Assembly (NCBI GenBank): GCA_031835245.2
Contig: JAVKOQ020000044.1
Location: 62,001-126,000 of the forward strand
Length of the DNA: 64,000 nucleotides
DNA from: Balamuthia mandrillaris
Lineage: Eukaryota
Direction: 5' to 3'
Shown: one piece after another, positions 26,354 through 39,940 of the stretch
How positions within the stretch are numbered: the stretch's first letter is position 1
How the letters are laid out: every line of letters begins with the position of its first letter
The notes under the pieces: model-generated
The model's database searches: none
The model's input: the letters and a program-made list of their open reading frames with translations, nothing else
What the model was told of the DNA's origin: nothing
Translations under genes and position numbers: made by a program

Positions 26354-29300
26354 ATGTCTTATGAGCACGACTTGTGGGTGAGTAACCAAGCAAGAAGGAC
26401 CCCTTCCGGACCGCCGCTTGTTGTTTTTGTGTTAACTAGAGTTATGTTTTGTGCAAAATAAAATAAAAAATAGGAAGGGTTGGATCTGGTGGAAAAGCGG
26501 TACAATGACGGCAAAAACACCGCCAATGAGGTCATCGGCTTCTTCCTGGAGTGTGCTGCCATAGAGGAGCACTACGTGAAGAGCTACCAGAAGCTTCTGG
26601 CCAAGCCTTCCACTGTGGAAGAGGGAGGGTTTGTTTCTCTACTCTACTCTACTCTACTCTACTCTACTCTACTCTACTCTACTCTACTCTACTCTACTCT
26701 ACTCTACTCTACTCTACTCCCTACTCTACTCTATCTCTACTCTACTCTACTCCTCCTACTACTCCTACTCTACTCTACTCTACTCTACTCTACTCTACTC
26801 TACTCTACTCTACTCTACTCTACTCTACTCTACTCTACTCTACTCTCTCTTCTTTTTGCTTAAAAAATGTCTGGCGAAAGTGCACACACATCATTTGTAT
26901 GAGTTTGTGTGTGGTGCTTGAGATTGATGAACATACGGACAAAAAGAAAAACGAACAACAAATGCTTCCAAGTGAAACCTACTCAATGGTTCAGTTGACA
27001 ATGACTGTTGTTACATCCTTTTTCTTCCTTTTCATTTTTTTTTTGTTGTTTTTTTTTTGTTTTTATGCCGCACATTTTCTGTCTTCTTGTTGTTGTTGTT
27101 CTTCTTCTTGTTCGTTCTTCAAGTTTTTCTAGTTCTTCATCTTTGGCTTCTGCTGCTTTTTCTCATCTTCTTCTCCATTCCGCACGAAGAACATTGGGCT
27201 CTTCATGGTATTCTCTACGAACGTTGATAAAGAGCAACATGGCGGCGAACCAGCAGGTAGCGGCTGCGTGGCAGCTGGCCGCCACCGTTGCTAAACAGAC
27301 CAAAAAAGAACAGAAGAGAAAAGCGAGTAAGGTAACTGAGCAAGCATCCTGTCATTTCTTTAGTCTGTTTTGCGCTTCTTTTCTTTTCTTTTCTTTTCTT
27401 TTCTTTTCTTTTCTTTTCTTTTCTTTTCTTTTCTTTTCTTTTCTTTTCTTTTCTTTTCTTTTCTTTTCTTTTCTTTTCTTTTCTTTTCTTTTCTTTTCTT
27501 TTCTTTTCTTTTCTTTTCTTTTCTTTTCTTTTCTTTTCTTTTCTTTTCTTTTCTTTTCTTTTACAACTCTAACTCCATCGAGTGAATAGCTGTTTTCGGA
27601 AGCTCAAAAGCTCAAGAAAGAGCAGGTTAAAGGCAGAGCAGAAGTTGCAAAGGCACCACTTTCTTCTACTGGCTTGTTTTGTTTCCTCTCATCCTTGCAA
27701 TTGCTAACCTTGTTCAATCCAGTTAAAAAGCAAACAACATAAGGCTGCCAAAGAGGCTGAGCAATCTTTGAGCCAATACGAGAAAGCTCAAAAGGATAAC
27801 AGCCTTTCTACTGTAAAACTTGTCAAGGCAAGAGAAGAACATTTCCTCTCCTAATTCTAAGAACTTTCGTTTTAACTCTTTCCTATCCAGTTAAATAATG
27901 CACAAAAGCTTGCTCAGCAAGAAAACGTAGCGGCGGATAAGCTTTATAAAAGGTTGGTTAAAACCAAGGCCATCGATGGATTCATTCTGATTGCGTTGTT
28001 ATGTTTAGTTCTTTGGAAGAGTATAACAGCTTCTACTCTTCCAAGTACCAAGTGAACATGAAACAGATATTACATGTACATTCTTTGCTTTTCGTTGTTA
28101 TTGTTGCATGCTAATATGGTTACAACAATTTGAACAGGAATTCCAAGCATTGGACGAAGAAAGAATAGAAAGCTTGAAAGAAGTTCTGGAAAATTATATC
28201 GAAAGCCAAAGTGTGATGCTTGTTTCCATGCAACAACACTTGGCAGAACTCAAACAACACATGTATAAAATCAACACGAACATTGATGTTTCTAGTTGGT
28301 GAGTTATGCTTCACCTCTTCTCCTCGGTCTGTTCTTTGTACTTTGTCTGATTTGTTGTTTTTAGGATTACTGCGAACCGAACAGGACTTCAACCCGATCC
28401 CCCCGTTCCTTATGAACCATACGGCGCTGAAGTGCGTATTGTTTTTGTTGTTTCTTTCTCGTTCCGTCATCCTTCCTTCATGGCTCTCTAAATAATCCGC
28501 TCACAAGCCAAGCACTGCTGAGTCGTCAAATTCTCATGGTGTTACGCGTCTCCCACTTGCTAGCTTACAAGCGAGCTCCGAGGCCGTTCCGTTTTCTCCG
28601 CGAGAACTTCGAAGTACACAGTATCTCCCCCCAGTTTCAGCGTGAGTATCATTTCTCGGCTTCCTCTCTGTTATCAAGTTCTGTTTCCTTTTCGCTCTTT
28701 CACCAACTAACTTGCTGCCAATTGAACAGTGAAGGCACCATCCAAGCTAAAGTGGTAGCCCTGTTTGAGCACCACGCTGAAGATCCCGGAGAGTTAAGCT
28801 TCAAAGAAGGGGACGTCATCAACGTCCTGGAAGCCATAGAGGGAGAAGGGTGGTGGAAAGGAGAGCTCGACGGCCGACTTGGCATATTTCCATCCAATTA
28901 TTGCGAGTACCTTTTGGAAGACAGCGCTCTCGGTGTCGTTGTTGGGGACACCTCGAACGAGCAGATTGCCAGCAGCAGCGTTGATCCTGCTTATTGGCAA
29001 TCGTTGCTTGAGAAAGAGAAGAACGAGGGTGTTGTTTACGTTGTGGTAAGTTGTTTTCTTGTCCTTCTTCTTGTTCTTCTTCTCCTTCTTCTTCTTGTTC
29101 TTCTTCTTCTTCTTCTTCTAGTTCTTCTTCTGTTCACTTCGTCTCGTTTTGTTGCTGATGTTAATGTCCGTACGTTACATAAGGCATTCCATGAATTCAC
29201 CGCCGAAAATGAAGATGAACTCAGCATCAGCGGTAACCTTTCATCTTTCCTTTCGTTTTACTTTTTCTTTTCCTCATATGCACTTTCCTTCTTCTCGTTA

Positions 29301-29459
29301 TTACACCATTTTTCAGCGGGGCAAGTCATCAAGTTGCAGTCAGAGCTGGAGGACTGGTATATCGGTCAAAACGAAGAGACAGGCCTTTCTGGTTTATTCC
29401 CGGCTAACTATGTTCAAAAGCTTTCAACTTACGTTGCTTCCCTCCAACAACAAAGTTGA
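26354..29459 (+). CDS. F-BAR (FCH) protein with two SH3 domains (PSTPIP/Cdc15-like)
   Basis: FCH MSYEHDLW-EGLDLVEKR..FFLECAAIEEHYVKSYQKL and FQALDEERIE. SH3 ALFEH..ELSFKEGD..WWKGE..GIFPSNY; second SH3 WYIG..GLFPANYV. Confidence 0.85.
26639..26845. repeat. (CTACT)n pentanucleotide microsatellite, intronic
   Basis: Direct reading; inside an F-BAR gene intron. Confidence 0.95.
27378..27562. repeat. (TTTTC)n microsatellite, intronic
   Basis: Direct reading. Confidence 0.95.
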
Positions 29460-29487
29460 ATTGCTTCTTTCACTTCTTTTCGCCTTT

Positions 29488-29523
<36 letters not shown>

Positions 29524-29892
29524 CCCTCTCTCTCGCTCTCCCCCCTCTTCTTCTCTCCTCACAGGTTGCTGTGACATTTTGTTATATTGCTTCCTGTCGA
29601 GGCTTACCTCGTGGGACTGAACCCGTCAGAATTTCGTCTAATAGGTAATGCTGGCGGAGCACCTTACAGAGGGTATCATGTTGTGGACAATTTTTGGTGG
29701 CTGTGTATCTCTTCTATTTCTCTTTCTAGGTTCGCCATAAGGATACGCCCGTTCATCAAAGAACCAATGCTCCCCAAAAAACGGTCACCTGGTGCGTTGT
29801 TGAGGTGCGAAAAATAACAACAACCCGAGACAAAGAAACAGGAAAAGACGCAGGAGACAACAGAGCAAAAATAATATAATAATACGATCAGC

Positions 29893-32800
29893 ATGAGCTC
29901 CACTGAGCCTGCGGCAAGGCCTTTGAGCTTACGGGTATCTGGTTCCTTAACTCTTGCTCAACAACAAAAGTCGACGGCGACAACAACTGTTAACGCCCCT
30001 CCGGCCTCTCCTCCTCGTTCTCCAACATCTACATCGCCATCCTTTAGCCCTCCAACTTCTCCGGGCTCCTCTACCAGCCTCAAAGTGAAGGTCTTGGCGG
30101 ATTATGAAGCGCAGGACAAGAACGAGATGAGCCTGAAGAAAGGGGAGACCCTCTCCGTTTGGGAGATCGACTCGGAGAAGGGGAGGGGTCTCGGCAGGTC
30201 GAAAGATGGACAGAGGTCGGGGTGGTTCCCGATGGAAATGGTGCAAGAGAAGAAAAAAGGAGGGGTAGCCTCTCGTTCGAGACAGGATAAAGTCACGAAG
30301 CTCAATACTAAGAGCCGATTGACTTCCTTCCTACGAGTCCGGCCGACCAAAGAGGACTTGGAAAGAACAAACATTCTTCACGGTACGTCTTTCACCGTAT
30401 TCCACCGTCTTTGGTCCTTTGCTAACTACTATAACAGAAGATGATAGTAAAAAGCATTCCGAAATGAGAAATGCTGCTGCCGAGCTCCTTGAAAAGAGTT
30501 TGGCCAATCGCCAGGCCGTTGTTGATGATATCTCTCACAACCTGGAAAATCGGTCCGTCTCTCCCAGGAGCAGAGCCCACTCAGCAGAGGAACCGACAAC
30601 AACCAGCTCAACTGCTGCCACACTACAGCAGGATGCTGAAGAGAAGCGCGAGACTACAACAACAACACCGACATCTGCACAAACAGCTGCTTCAACTACA
30701 AGTTACAACGCTGCGCTTTCCAATTCAGGCGGTTCAATTGACTTGAGAGAAAGCAGGGACAAGATAAAGAGCCAGAAACAAGAAGATCTTTCTCTTCTGA
30801 TGCGTTCTCGTTCCACAACCCAAAAAAAGCTGGCTAAAGGTTTATTTCTTAGTAAGCACTAATAGGATCCTATCTAACAGGGCATCTTTTTTGCTGTTTT
30901 TTTTATCAGGGCAACATCTTCCAGAGTTTGGAGTACCGCTTGAAGAGCTGTGTAAAAGATATTCGGCTGTTCGTGGCCTTCCTTTTGTTGTATTCTTATG
31001 TGTAAACCGCCTCATTGACACTGCTTTGGACGTGGAGGGTATCTTTCGAATCTCGGTGAAGTTCAGCGAAGTCACTATGCTCAAAGTTTCGCTGGAACAA
31101 GGTTTTTCTCGTTTGCTTCTTGTTTTGCATCTGTTGCTTCCTTTTCTGCTTCGTCTTGTTCTTCTTCTTCTTCCGCCCTTGCTGCTTCTATTATTTGTTA
31201 ACTCTTATTTACCCTTACCAGGAATGACGTCCCTGGACTCAGTGACCAATCCCCATGCGGTGGCAGCAGTAATGAAGCAGTTCTTTCGAGAGTTGCCAGA
31301 GCCGCTCCTCACTTTCGACTTATTCAACGAATGGATGGCTGCTGGCGATGAACAAGACTCTGAGAAGAGAATGACTCTGTTAAGGGATCTCACGAAGAGA
31401 CTACCCACTCCCAACTACGAGACACTCTTTTATCTAGTCACATTTCTTAAGCTGGTGGCTGCCCATGAGGACAAAAATATGATGTCAGAACTGAACCTGA
31501 GTGTCATCTTTGCGCCTACGCTTATCCGTCGCAAAGTGGAGACAACTGTACGTCTTTCTCAGCAATATTAGCGCTGTTTCTGATTTAATACTTTCATCCT
31601 TTCACAGGATGACTTTATGAAGTATGCCACTCAACAGTCTATAGTGCAGACTTTGTTGGAGGAATATGACTTCATCTTTGAGTCAAAGTTGGAGGAACTA
31701 AAGAACAACACGTACTCCTATGCTGAAACGTCATCGCTCACCGAGTCAGGAGAGTTTTCTTTGACAGAGAGCACCGAATCGCTTCCTTCAGTGATATTGA
31801 AGAAAGAAGAAGTTCCAGTTTCAGGGACAGCAATAGCAGTTGGGGGAAAGGAATCAGGAGAAGCGAAATCGAATGGTGAAGCAGAGGAGGAAACGGATCC
31901 TGCTAAGCGGTACATGAAAGTATTGCTGCCAACGCCGGAAGACAAGGCTCACCTGGCAATGCTGGCCATAAGCAAGAATGACCCGCTCGACTATGGACCA
32001 GAAGGCGCGCTCTCACGGAAGCAAGCTAAGAAGTTTGCTCGCACGCAGAAGAAGGCAGAAAAGGCTAAAAAGAAGCAGGAAAAAGCTCAAGAGAAAGAGA
32101 AGGAGAAGAAAGAGAAAGAGAAGGAGAAGGAGAACGAAAAGCAGGAACGAGAAAAGGAAAGAGAAAGAGAAAAGGACAAGGAGAGAGAGAAAGAAAAAGA
32201 AGGCAGAGTGACCGGACGAAGGAAGCCTCGCATGAAAAGTGCAACCCTCCGCTTCTCCAGGTTCATCTCTGGAGATGACTCACACTCACCCAAAGAGGTT
32301 ACTCCTTTCGAGGCGGAGGACTTGGATCAACAGAAACGGGTTCGTGTCGCCTTTCCTACTGCCAACGACAGCAACTCTCCTTCCTCCTCTTTAATTGCGA
32401 CAAGCGACGCTCCTGCCAGCTCTCTCAGCAAGAACCAGGAAGAGAGAAGGCTACGATGGGGCACTTCCTCCGACATTCACGCCTTTCCTCGGCGGCCCAG
32501 TGCAGGGGACTCAGAGACCAGTAATAGTAGTTCCGTTACTCAAGCCCGAAGAGATATGATGGACAGCCGAAAGGTAGCAGCAAGGCTAAACGAGCTGCAG
32601 GCCGAGGTAGAGAAGCTAAAGGAGGCCAGGAAGACAGATCAGCAGATCATCAAGAACCTGCGCACTCAAAACAAGTTGTTGTTGGATGAGAACATTGCTC
32701 TGGTGGCTAAGCTCAGCGCCTTGGGTGAAGAGAGCGCCTACTCAGGCATCATCTCGGCTTCTTCCGCTTCATCTTCTCCTATCAAACAGCCCATTGCCGA

Positions 32801-33683
32801 AGGGCAAACGAGAAGAAACAGCTCCGGTCAGGACCAGCCGGTCTCAACAACACCGACAACGGAGAACAGCAATACTCCCAGTGGATCTCCTTCCAGAGCG
32901 AAGAAGAAGAAAACGATGACAGCGCGCGAGGCCAGCCAGAAAGAACTGGAATGGTTGGAAAACGCTGCCAACAACGAAGACCTCGCCATGAAGAAGAAAA
33001 AATACAAGACGTCCATGAAAGAGAAGCAAAGGCTCTCTGTGGATGTGGCTCTGTTGGCCCGAGTGATGGAGGAGCAACAACAACAACTGTTGCGGGAGGA
33101 AGCTCAGGCTCGGGATGTTGGCAAAGAGGTTTCAGCGGACATCGCATACATCCGGCCGTTGAACAGCAGCCGTACTTCTGCCGAGGATGAGCACGAGAGA
33201 AAGATGCAAGAGATAAGAGGAGGCTCCATGGCCATTGGCTCTCCCAATTCGGCTGCCTATCGAGCTCACGCCATCATCGGTGACTCACAGCATGCTCTCA
33301 GCGTCAAGCGCCTGACCCAAACCTCCAACGACCGCATCTTGAAGAAGAAAGCAGCCAAGGCTATCGAAAGAAGGAAGAGCAGAGATGAGAGCATGAACAA
33401 GAAGGAGGAGATAAAAGACAGCAATGTGGTTGCTGCCAATGCCGACGCGACACCGGTCAACAACTCCAACAAAGAAGCAACGGATAAGAAACAACCGCAA
33501 CAGCTGCAGAAGAAGGCGACGGCATCATCCTTGGCCAAGGAGAAAGAGGAAAAGGCGGAGAGCGCGAGCACAATCATTGCGCCAACCGCTTCCTCCGCTG
33601 TTAAAGGGTCCATCATATCTTCCTCTCCATCCAAGATCAAAAAGAAGAAGAAAAAGAAGAAGAAGAAAACAACACAAACGTAG
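29893..33683 (+). CDS. RhoGAP with N-terminal SH3 and RPEL motif
   Basis: SH3 VLADYEA..EMSLKKGE..GWFP. RPEL LTSFLRVRPTKEDLERTNIL. RhoGAP FGVPLEE, EGIFRIS, KQFFRELPEPLL, NMMSELNLSVIFAPTL. Coiled-coil, K-rich tail. Confidence 0.88.
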
Positions 33684-34178
33684 GACGAAAACAAACAAAC
33701 AAACAAATAAGCGCAAGGATGGAACGCCTTTCTGTGTTTTTTTTTCCACCCGTTGCATGCCAGCCAACCACCAAAGCTTGCACATGTATGATCATTCAGA
33801 GGAACCGCGCGCGAGAGAGAGAACTCTATTTTTTTTTTTAAACAAATAAACCCAACAAAGGACCTGCTGCGTTACATGCACTTGTTGAGGTGGTGCTTGC
33901 TGACCTTGAACGCTTCGTATGTCGTAATGTTGGCGCCAGGCTTGGCAAGTCGTCGCCCAGAGGTAAGCTTTTCCGCGAAGGAGTTGAATGAGCTTTCAGA
34001 CCAGCTTTGCGCCATATCTATCCCTCTGTCCCAGTCGCTGAATGTTATTGAATAATCCGAAAAAATATTGTAAATTAGTCGAATAATAGTGAGAACTTGT
34101 TGATAATTGTTTTCATTTCAACAGTTATTGCTCGACGTTGATAATAATTGGTTTGGGTGCAAATAGAAAGAAAGAAAG

Positions 34179-34951
34179 ATGAAGGAAGAAGAAGCGTCGC
34201 GGCTGAGGTCGCCGCCCAAAGAGGGAGCCGAAGAACGGGCAGCTAAGCAGGAGAGCGAGGGCAGAACAAAGAGAAGTCGTAGTCACAGTCACAGTCGACA
34301 CAGAAGCCGCAGCAAAAGTCAGAGCCCAAGTCGAAGCAGAGACAGAAAGAGGCGTCGAAAGAAAGATGACAAAGACGGGCGAGAAGAGAGGAGAAGCAGC
34401 AGTGGCAGCAGGAGAAGAGAGAAGAGGAGCCCTTCTTCTTCGTCTCCCTCCACCTCGGACGCGTCCGAGGACTCTGACTCTGATAGCAGCAGCCGCCAAA
34501 GGAGACACCGAAGGGAGAAGAAAGAGGACAAGAAGAAGAGAAAGAAAGAGAAAGAGCGAAAGCAGCGGAGGAAGGACAAGAAGGACAAGAAGAAGAAGAA
34601 GAAGCGGCAGACGGAGGGCTCCACCAAGACGGTGCCTCAGTGGGGGGCCTACGGCATCGTGCGCGAGGCCGACCTCTTCACCAAGCAGCCCGAGTTCACG
34701 GCCTACCTGCTGGAGGTGAAGAGGACCTCCCCCGAGGGGCTGAGCAACTGGGAGAGGAAGAACCTGTGGAAGGACTTTATGGAGGACTACAACACGGCCA
34801 CCATGCCCTCCAAGAAGTACTACAACCTCGCCGCCTGGGAGTACAAGCAGCGGGCCAAGCAGCTGAAGCGCATGCAGAAGCTGGAGAAAAAAGGGTTTGT
34901 CCTCTTGTCGTTTCTTTCTTTCTTTCTTGTCGTTTCTTTCTTTCTTTCGTT

Positions 34952-35023
<72 letters not shown>

Positions 35024-35031
35024 TTTCTTTC

Positions 35032-35102
<71 letters not shown>

Positions 35103-35108
35103 GTCGTT

Positions 35109-35191
<83 letters not shown>

Positions 35192-35425
35192 CTCTCTATC
35201 TCTCTCTTCCTATCAAGTGTCCTTATTGTATTATTGCATCGCAGGATCTACCCACCAGACCCCAGCGAGGAGCCAAAGGCCTCCTCCTCCTCTGCCCTGA
35301 TAGACGACCAGGAGGCCTTGCGACAGGCGAGAAGAAAGAGGAGAGAGGAGGAAGCCTTCCAAAGAGCCTACAGGGAAAGGCGGATCGAAAAAATGACGGA
35401 GGAGTTCTCCAAACACAATTCTTGA
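34179..35425 (+). CDS. Conserved uncharacterised RS/K-rich nuclear protein
   Basis: RS/K-rich N-terminus followed by a conserved-looking core WGAYGIVRE..EF.AYL.EVK..FMEDYNTATMPSKKYYNLAAWE. One microsatellite-filled intron at about 34895-35245. Confidence 0.75.
34911..35190. repeat. (TTTC)n microsatellite, intronic
   Basis: Direct reading. Confidence 0.95.
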
Positions 35426-35583
35426 CGAATAATGATGAATTATTGTCGATACCACGAATATTTTCGATTAAGGTGATTGTGATCAATATTTTATCTTTAT
35501 TAGGTTAACATTTAAGGAGGAAACGGCGATAAAGAACGATAAATCATAATAAAAGGAAAAAGAAAAGGAAAAAGAAGAGAGGG

Positions 35584-36749
35584 ATGTGGAGAAGCAAAGC
35601 AGCAGCGGCGGTAGCGGCTCGATCGACGACCAGCTCCAGCGGTGCCTTGCGCGCCAGCGTAACTGGCAGGTCTGGTCTTTTGTCCCACACCCAGAGGTTG
35701 TCCATTCATTCCTTCCAGCGCCTTCCCAAGACATCCTCCTTCCTTCCTTCCTCTTCTTTGTCATTGTCGTCACCTCCGTCGTCGCCATCCTCGTCTCCTT
35801 CTTCGGCTTCCTACAGCACCACCGCTTCAGCTGTACACTCGAAGAAAGCGTTGGAGAATCAGGTCAAGTACGCCAACGTGTTGCGCTACATTGAGGCCTA
35901 TCGCTCTCACGGACACTTGCAGGCTCAACTCGACCCTCTCCACCGACAGAAACAAAGGTTTGCTTCTTCCTCTCTTTCTCTCTCTCCCTCTCTGACCTGC
36001 AAAGGATGAGTAGCTCCACGGCGGAAAAGGTGTTGGAGGCTTCGCTCTACGGAGTGGACAAGCTGCCCGGCGACGCGCAGATCCCATTGGAAGGGCTGCT
36101 CCACATCGAAGGAAAGACCAGCGCCACAGTGGAGGAGATTACGGCTCACCTCCGTGCTACTTATTGTCGGCATATTGGTGCGGAGTTGAGTCATTTGGAG
36201 GTTCTCTTCTCCTCTCTCTGTCCTTTGCCTATGTTCTCCTCTTCCCCTCTTTACCTTCCTCTCTCTCTCCTCCCTCTCTCCTTCTTCTCCTTCCTTACCC
36301 TGTCTCTTGTTGGAATAAAAAAGGAACCAGAAGAACAAGCGTGGTTGGCAGAGCAACTGGAGAAAGCCGCAACCAAGAAGTTCTCATCGGAGGAGCGTAA
36401 GAGCTTGTTCCAACTGCTTCAACACTCGGAGGCCTTTGACCACTTTCTTCAAACCAAGTTCAACTTTGTGAAGCGTTATGGCCTTGAAGGCTGCGAGGCG
36501 ATGGTCCCCTGCTTGGACACCATCTTCTCCTCCGCCACGCAGCAGGCTGATGTGAAGGACATCGTCATCAGCATGCCTCATCGTGGCAGGTTGAACTTTC
36601 TTGTTGGTCCATTGAAGTATCCCGCTGGCCATATCTTCCGGAAGATCAAAGGCCTCAGCGAAGCTCCCGAGCAAACTAGCAACTACAAAGGCACCGGCGA
36701 CGTCCTTTCTCACATCGGTATGAATCACTCTCCTTTACTTCTCTCTTTA

Positions 36750-36785
<36 letters not shown>

Positions 36786-37492
36786 GTCTCTCTCAACATA
36801 CGTTCGTTATTGCAGGACAAAGCGTGGATCTTGAATATGGCGGCAAAAAAGTTCATGTCTCCCTCATTCACAACCCGTCCCACTTGGAGGCCGCTAACCC
36901 TGTGGCCATGGGTAAAGCCAGAGCCAAATTGGAGCACAACGCCGATCCTTCCTCCGCTTTGTGCATCATGATTCACGGTGATGCTGCTTTTCCTGCTCAG
37001 GTTGCCTTTGCGTTTTTGCCCCTCTTTTCGCACTTCTTGTTCCCTCTCTAACATTTTGACAAACATTGAAAAATAATAATAATCACAAGGGGGTGGTAGC
37101 GGAGACCTTCCTTCTTTCACAGTTGGCTGACTTCACTGTGGGCGGCGCCGTGCACGTTGTGGTCAACAACCAAGTTGGCTTTACAACCGAACCACACAAA
37201 GGCCGTTCCTCTCGATACTGCTCCGACATTGGCAAGATGGTCAACACGCCTGCTCTTCATGTCAACGCGGAGGACCCTGAATCTGTTGTTTTGGCTGCCT
37301 CCATCGCCACTGCCTACAGGAACAAGTTCAAGAAGGACATCATCCTTGACTTGATCGGTTATCGCCGTTATGGTCATAACGAGTTGGACGAACCGTCTTT
37401 CACACAACCGACCATGTACAGCCACATCCGTTCTCGTCCTAGTGTGGTTAAGAACTATGCTGAACGTTTGATTGTACGTACAGTGGAGAGAA

Positions 37493-37540
<48 letters not shown>

Positions 37541-39382
37541 ATGGAGCCTGAACTCACTATGGGTTGTGGTTAATATTAGAGCGACAATGTGATCCGTTCG
37601 GAGGACGTACAGTCAGGCAAGGATGCCATCAACAAGGAATTTGAACAAGAGTATGCTGTATCTGACAAGGAAATGCCTGGAGTATGTGTTGTTTTGTTGT
37701 CCTGTGTTGTTTGAAAAAGGCTTTGCTCTTTGTTGCCAACCACTAAATTGCTTTACAAACCTAGCTGACATGGTTGGAAGGCAAATGGAAGGCTTGCAAG
37801 GAAGCCTCCGACATGACTGCGTCAGTAGACACTGGTGTTTCTACCGACGTACTGCTGGAGGTTGGCGAATCTTCCATCAACACACATGGCAAGGTTTGAG
37901 TGCTCAATATCCATCCCATTTTTATTGTTCTCTTCGTTGACATTTTTTTTCTTTGGTTCGTTTTAGAATATTCACAGCAGACTGCAAAATCATTACTGCA
38001 AGCCCAGAAAGACCAAACTAGAGAGCCAAGGAAAGATCGACTGGGCAACTGCCGAGGCTCTTGCAGTAGGCTCTCTGCTTCTTCAAGGTCTTGCTCTTCC
38101 ATCTATTTCTTGAATGTACCAAGTTCTTATCTCTTTTTTTTTCTCCTCAAACAAAGATTACAATGTGAGGTTCTGCGGACAGGACGTTGGGCGTGGCACA
38201 TTCTCGCATCGTCACTTCCGTTTGGTGGATCAAAAGACGGACGAGTTTGTCATTCCTCTCAACCACATCCGTCCTACCCAGCAAGGCCGCCTGAGTGTGC
38301 GTCTTCCTCCTTCTCCATGTCCATAACATTACGTTGCTCATAAGGACACCAAATGATTCTCTATTAAAACAAAAATAGGTGGTGGATAGTCCTCTCTCTG
38401 AACTTGCCGTTATGGGCTTTGGTAACTTTCTCCTCTTCTCTGCTCCTCTCTCTTCTTTCTTTTGTTAACAAAAACAAACAGAATACGGATACAGTTTGGA
38501 GGACCCAAAGACCCTTCCCATCTGGGAGGCTCAATTCGGTGACTTCTCCAACACCGCCCAAGTGACCATCGACCAGTTCATCAGCAGCAGCGAGGAGAAG
38601 TGGTGGCGCCAAACGGGAATGGTGCTCCTCCTCCCTCACGGCTTTGACGGCGCCGGCCCCGAGCACTCCTCCTGCCGCATGGAGCGATACCTGCAGGCCT
38701 GCAACACCGCCGACAGCGTGGAGCAAGAGCAGGAGCACAACCGCGTGGTCAACATGAGCGTGGTCTACCCCTCCACCCCCGCCAACTACTTCCATCTGCT
38801 GCGCAGGCAGATGGTGAGGGAGTACAGAAAGCCGTTGGTGGTGGTGGGACCAAAAACCATGCTCAGGCATCCTGCTGTGGTGTCGGAGTTGGCGGATATG
38901 GCTCCTGGCACTCATTTCTTGCCCGTTCTCCCTGATACCTTTGTTGATCCTTCTCAGTACGTTTCTTCCTTCTTCTTCCTTCTTCTCTCAAAACTAACAA
39001 AACACAAAAAAGAGTGGAGAAAGTAATCTTCTGCACAGGTAAACTGTACTACGACCTGGCCAAGGAGCGGGAGAGCAAAGGCCTCAAAGACACCGCCTTG
39101 GTGCGGGTGGAGGAGTTCTCCCCGTTCCCCTACCACCTCCTCTCCCAACAGATCCAGTCCTTCGGCAACGCGCGAAGCTTCAAGTGGGTGCAAGAGGAGC
39201 CGCAGAACATGGGCGCCTGGTCCTACGTTCGCCCTCGCTTGAACTCGTTGCTGGCCAGGGAGAGCAAGGCCGAGGCGGAGCTGAGCTATGTGGGTCGGCC
39301 GCCGGCCGGTGCTCCTGCCGTTGGCATCTCTGCTCTCCACAAGCAACAAGTCAGCCATATCATGGAGAAGTGCTTTGCTTAA
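35584..39382 (+). CDS. DHTKD1: 2-oxoadipate dehydrogenase E1 (DHTKD1-type), mitochondrial
   Basis: [85 protein letters not shown] and GAGP..SSCR are DHTKD1-type; OGDH has GDVKYH and SSAR. N-terminal transit peptide. Confidence 0.85.
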
Positions 39383-39515
39383 TCTGATCCCACCCAAACT
39401 TCTTTTTTTTTTTGATCAGCCTTCAAGATAAGAATAGAGGAGCTTTGTTTTTAAAAAAAGATAGGTTGTCTCTTTGTTTTCAAAAGATCAAATCGGTGTT
39501 ATGATGTATATACAA

Positions 39516-39551
<36 letters not shown>

Positions 39552-39598
39552 AGAGAGGGAGAAGAGAGATAAATAATAATAATATGATGAAATGTGTT

Positions 39599-39940
39599 TT
39601 AAAACGGGGTGGTGGAAAGTTTGGGTCCGTTGTCGACTTTCTCGATGCCTTCCTCGGCGGGACCCAAGTAAGGCTTCTCCTGGAGCTCCTTGAGCCGCTT
39701 CTTGTGCAGCTTTGTCTTGAAGTGGGTCTTCATGGCCTCCTCGCCGATGAAATAGCGGTGGCAATGCGGGCAATAGAACTGCCCTTTGCCGGGGAGGTCC
39801 AGGTCCAGCACCTGCACCACGCGGCCTTTCTTCATCTCCTCGTAGATCTGGTCCACGTCCTTGGCCCTCTTTTTGGTGCTCCACCGCTTTCGGTGGGACT
39901 TGTCGTCCTTGTGCGTCCGCTTCGGCCTGTTGCGTCCCAT
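39599..39940 (-). CDS. ZNF593: Zinc finger protein 593 / Bud20 (60S biogenesis)
   Basis: RAKDVDQI..DLDLPGKGQFYCPHCHRYF..HFKTKLHKKRLKEL.EKPY. Intronless. Confidence 0.92.
   Translation of the reverse strand: MGRNRPKRTHKDDKSHRKRWSTKKRAKDVDQIYEEMKKGRVVQVLDLDLPGKGQFYCPHCHRYFIGEEAMKTHFKTKLHKKRLKELQEKPYLGPAEEGIEKVDNGPKLSTTPF

Noticed and set aside
26480..27589. ORFs encoding LYSTL and FFSFL repeats
   Set aside because: They are translations of intronic (CTACT)n and (TTTTC)n microsatellites.
29587..29817. 76-aa ORF or ncRNA between the F-BAR and RhoGAP genes
   Set aside because: TTG start, no recognisable motif, and no match to snRNA or riboswitch consensus that I could verify.
2700..33683. Signalling/cytoskeleton gene cluster (RasGAP, RTK, RhoGEF, F-BAR, RhoGAP)
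   Set aside because: These families are typically large in amoebae and are interleaved with housekeeping genes, so chance adjacency is likely.
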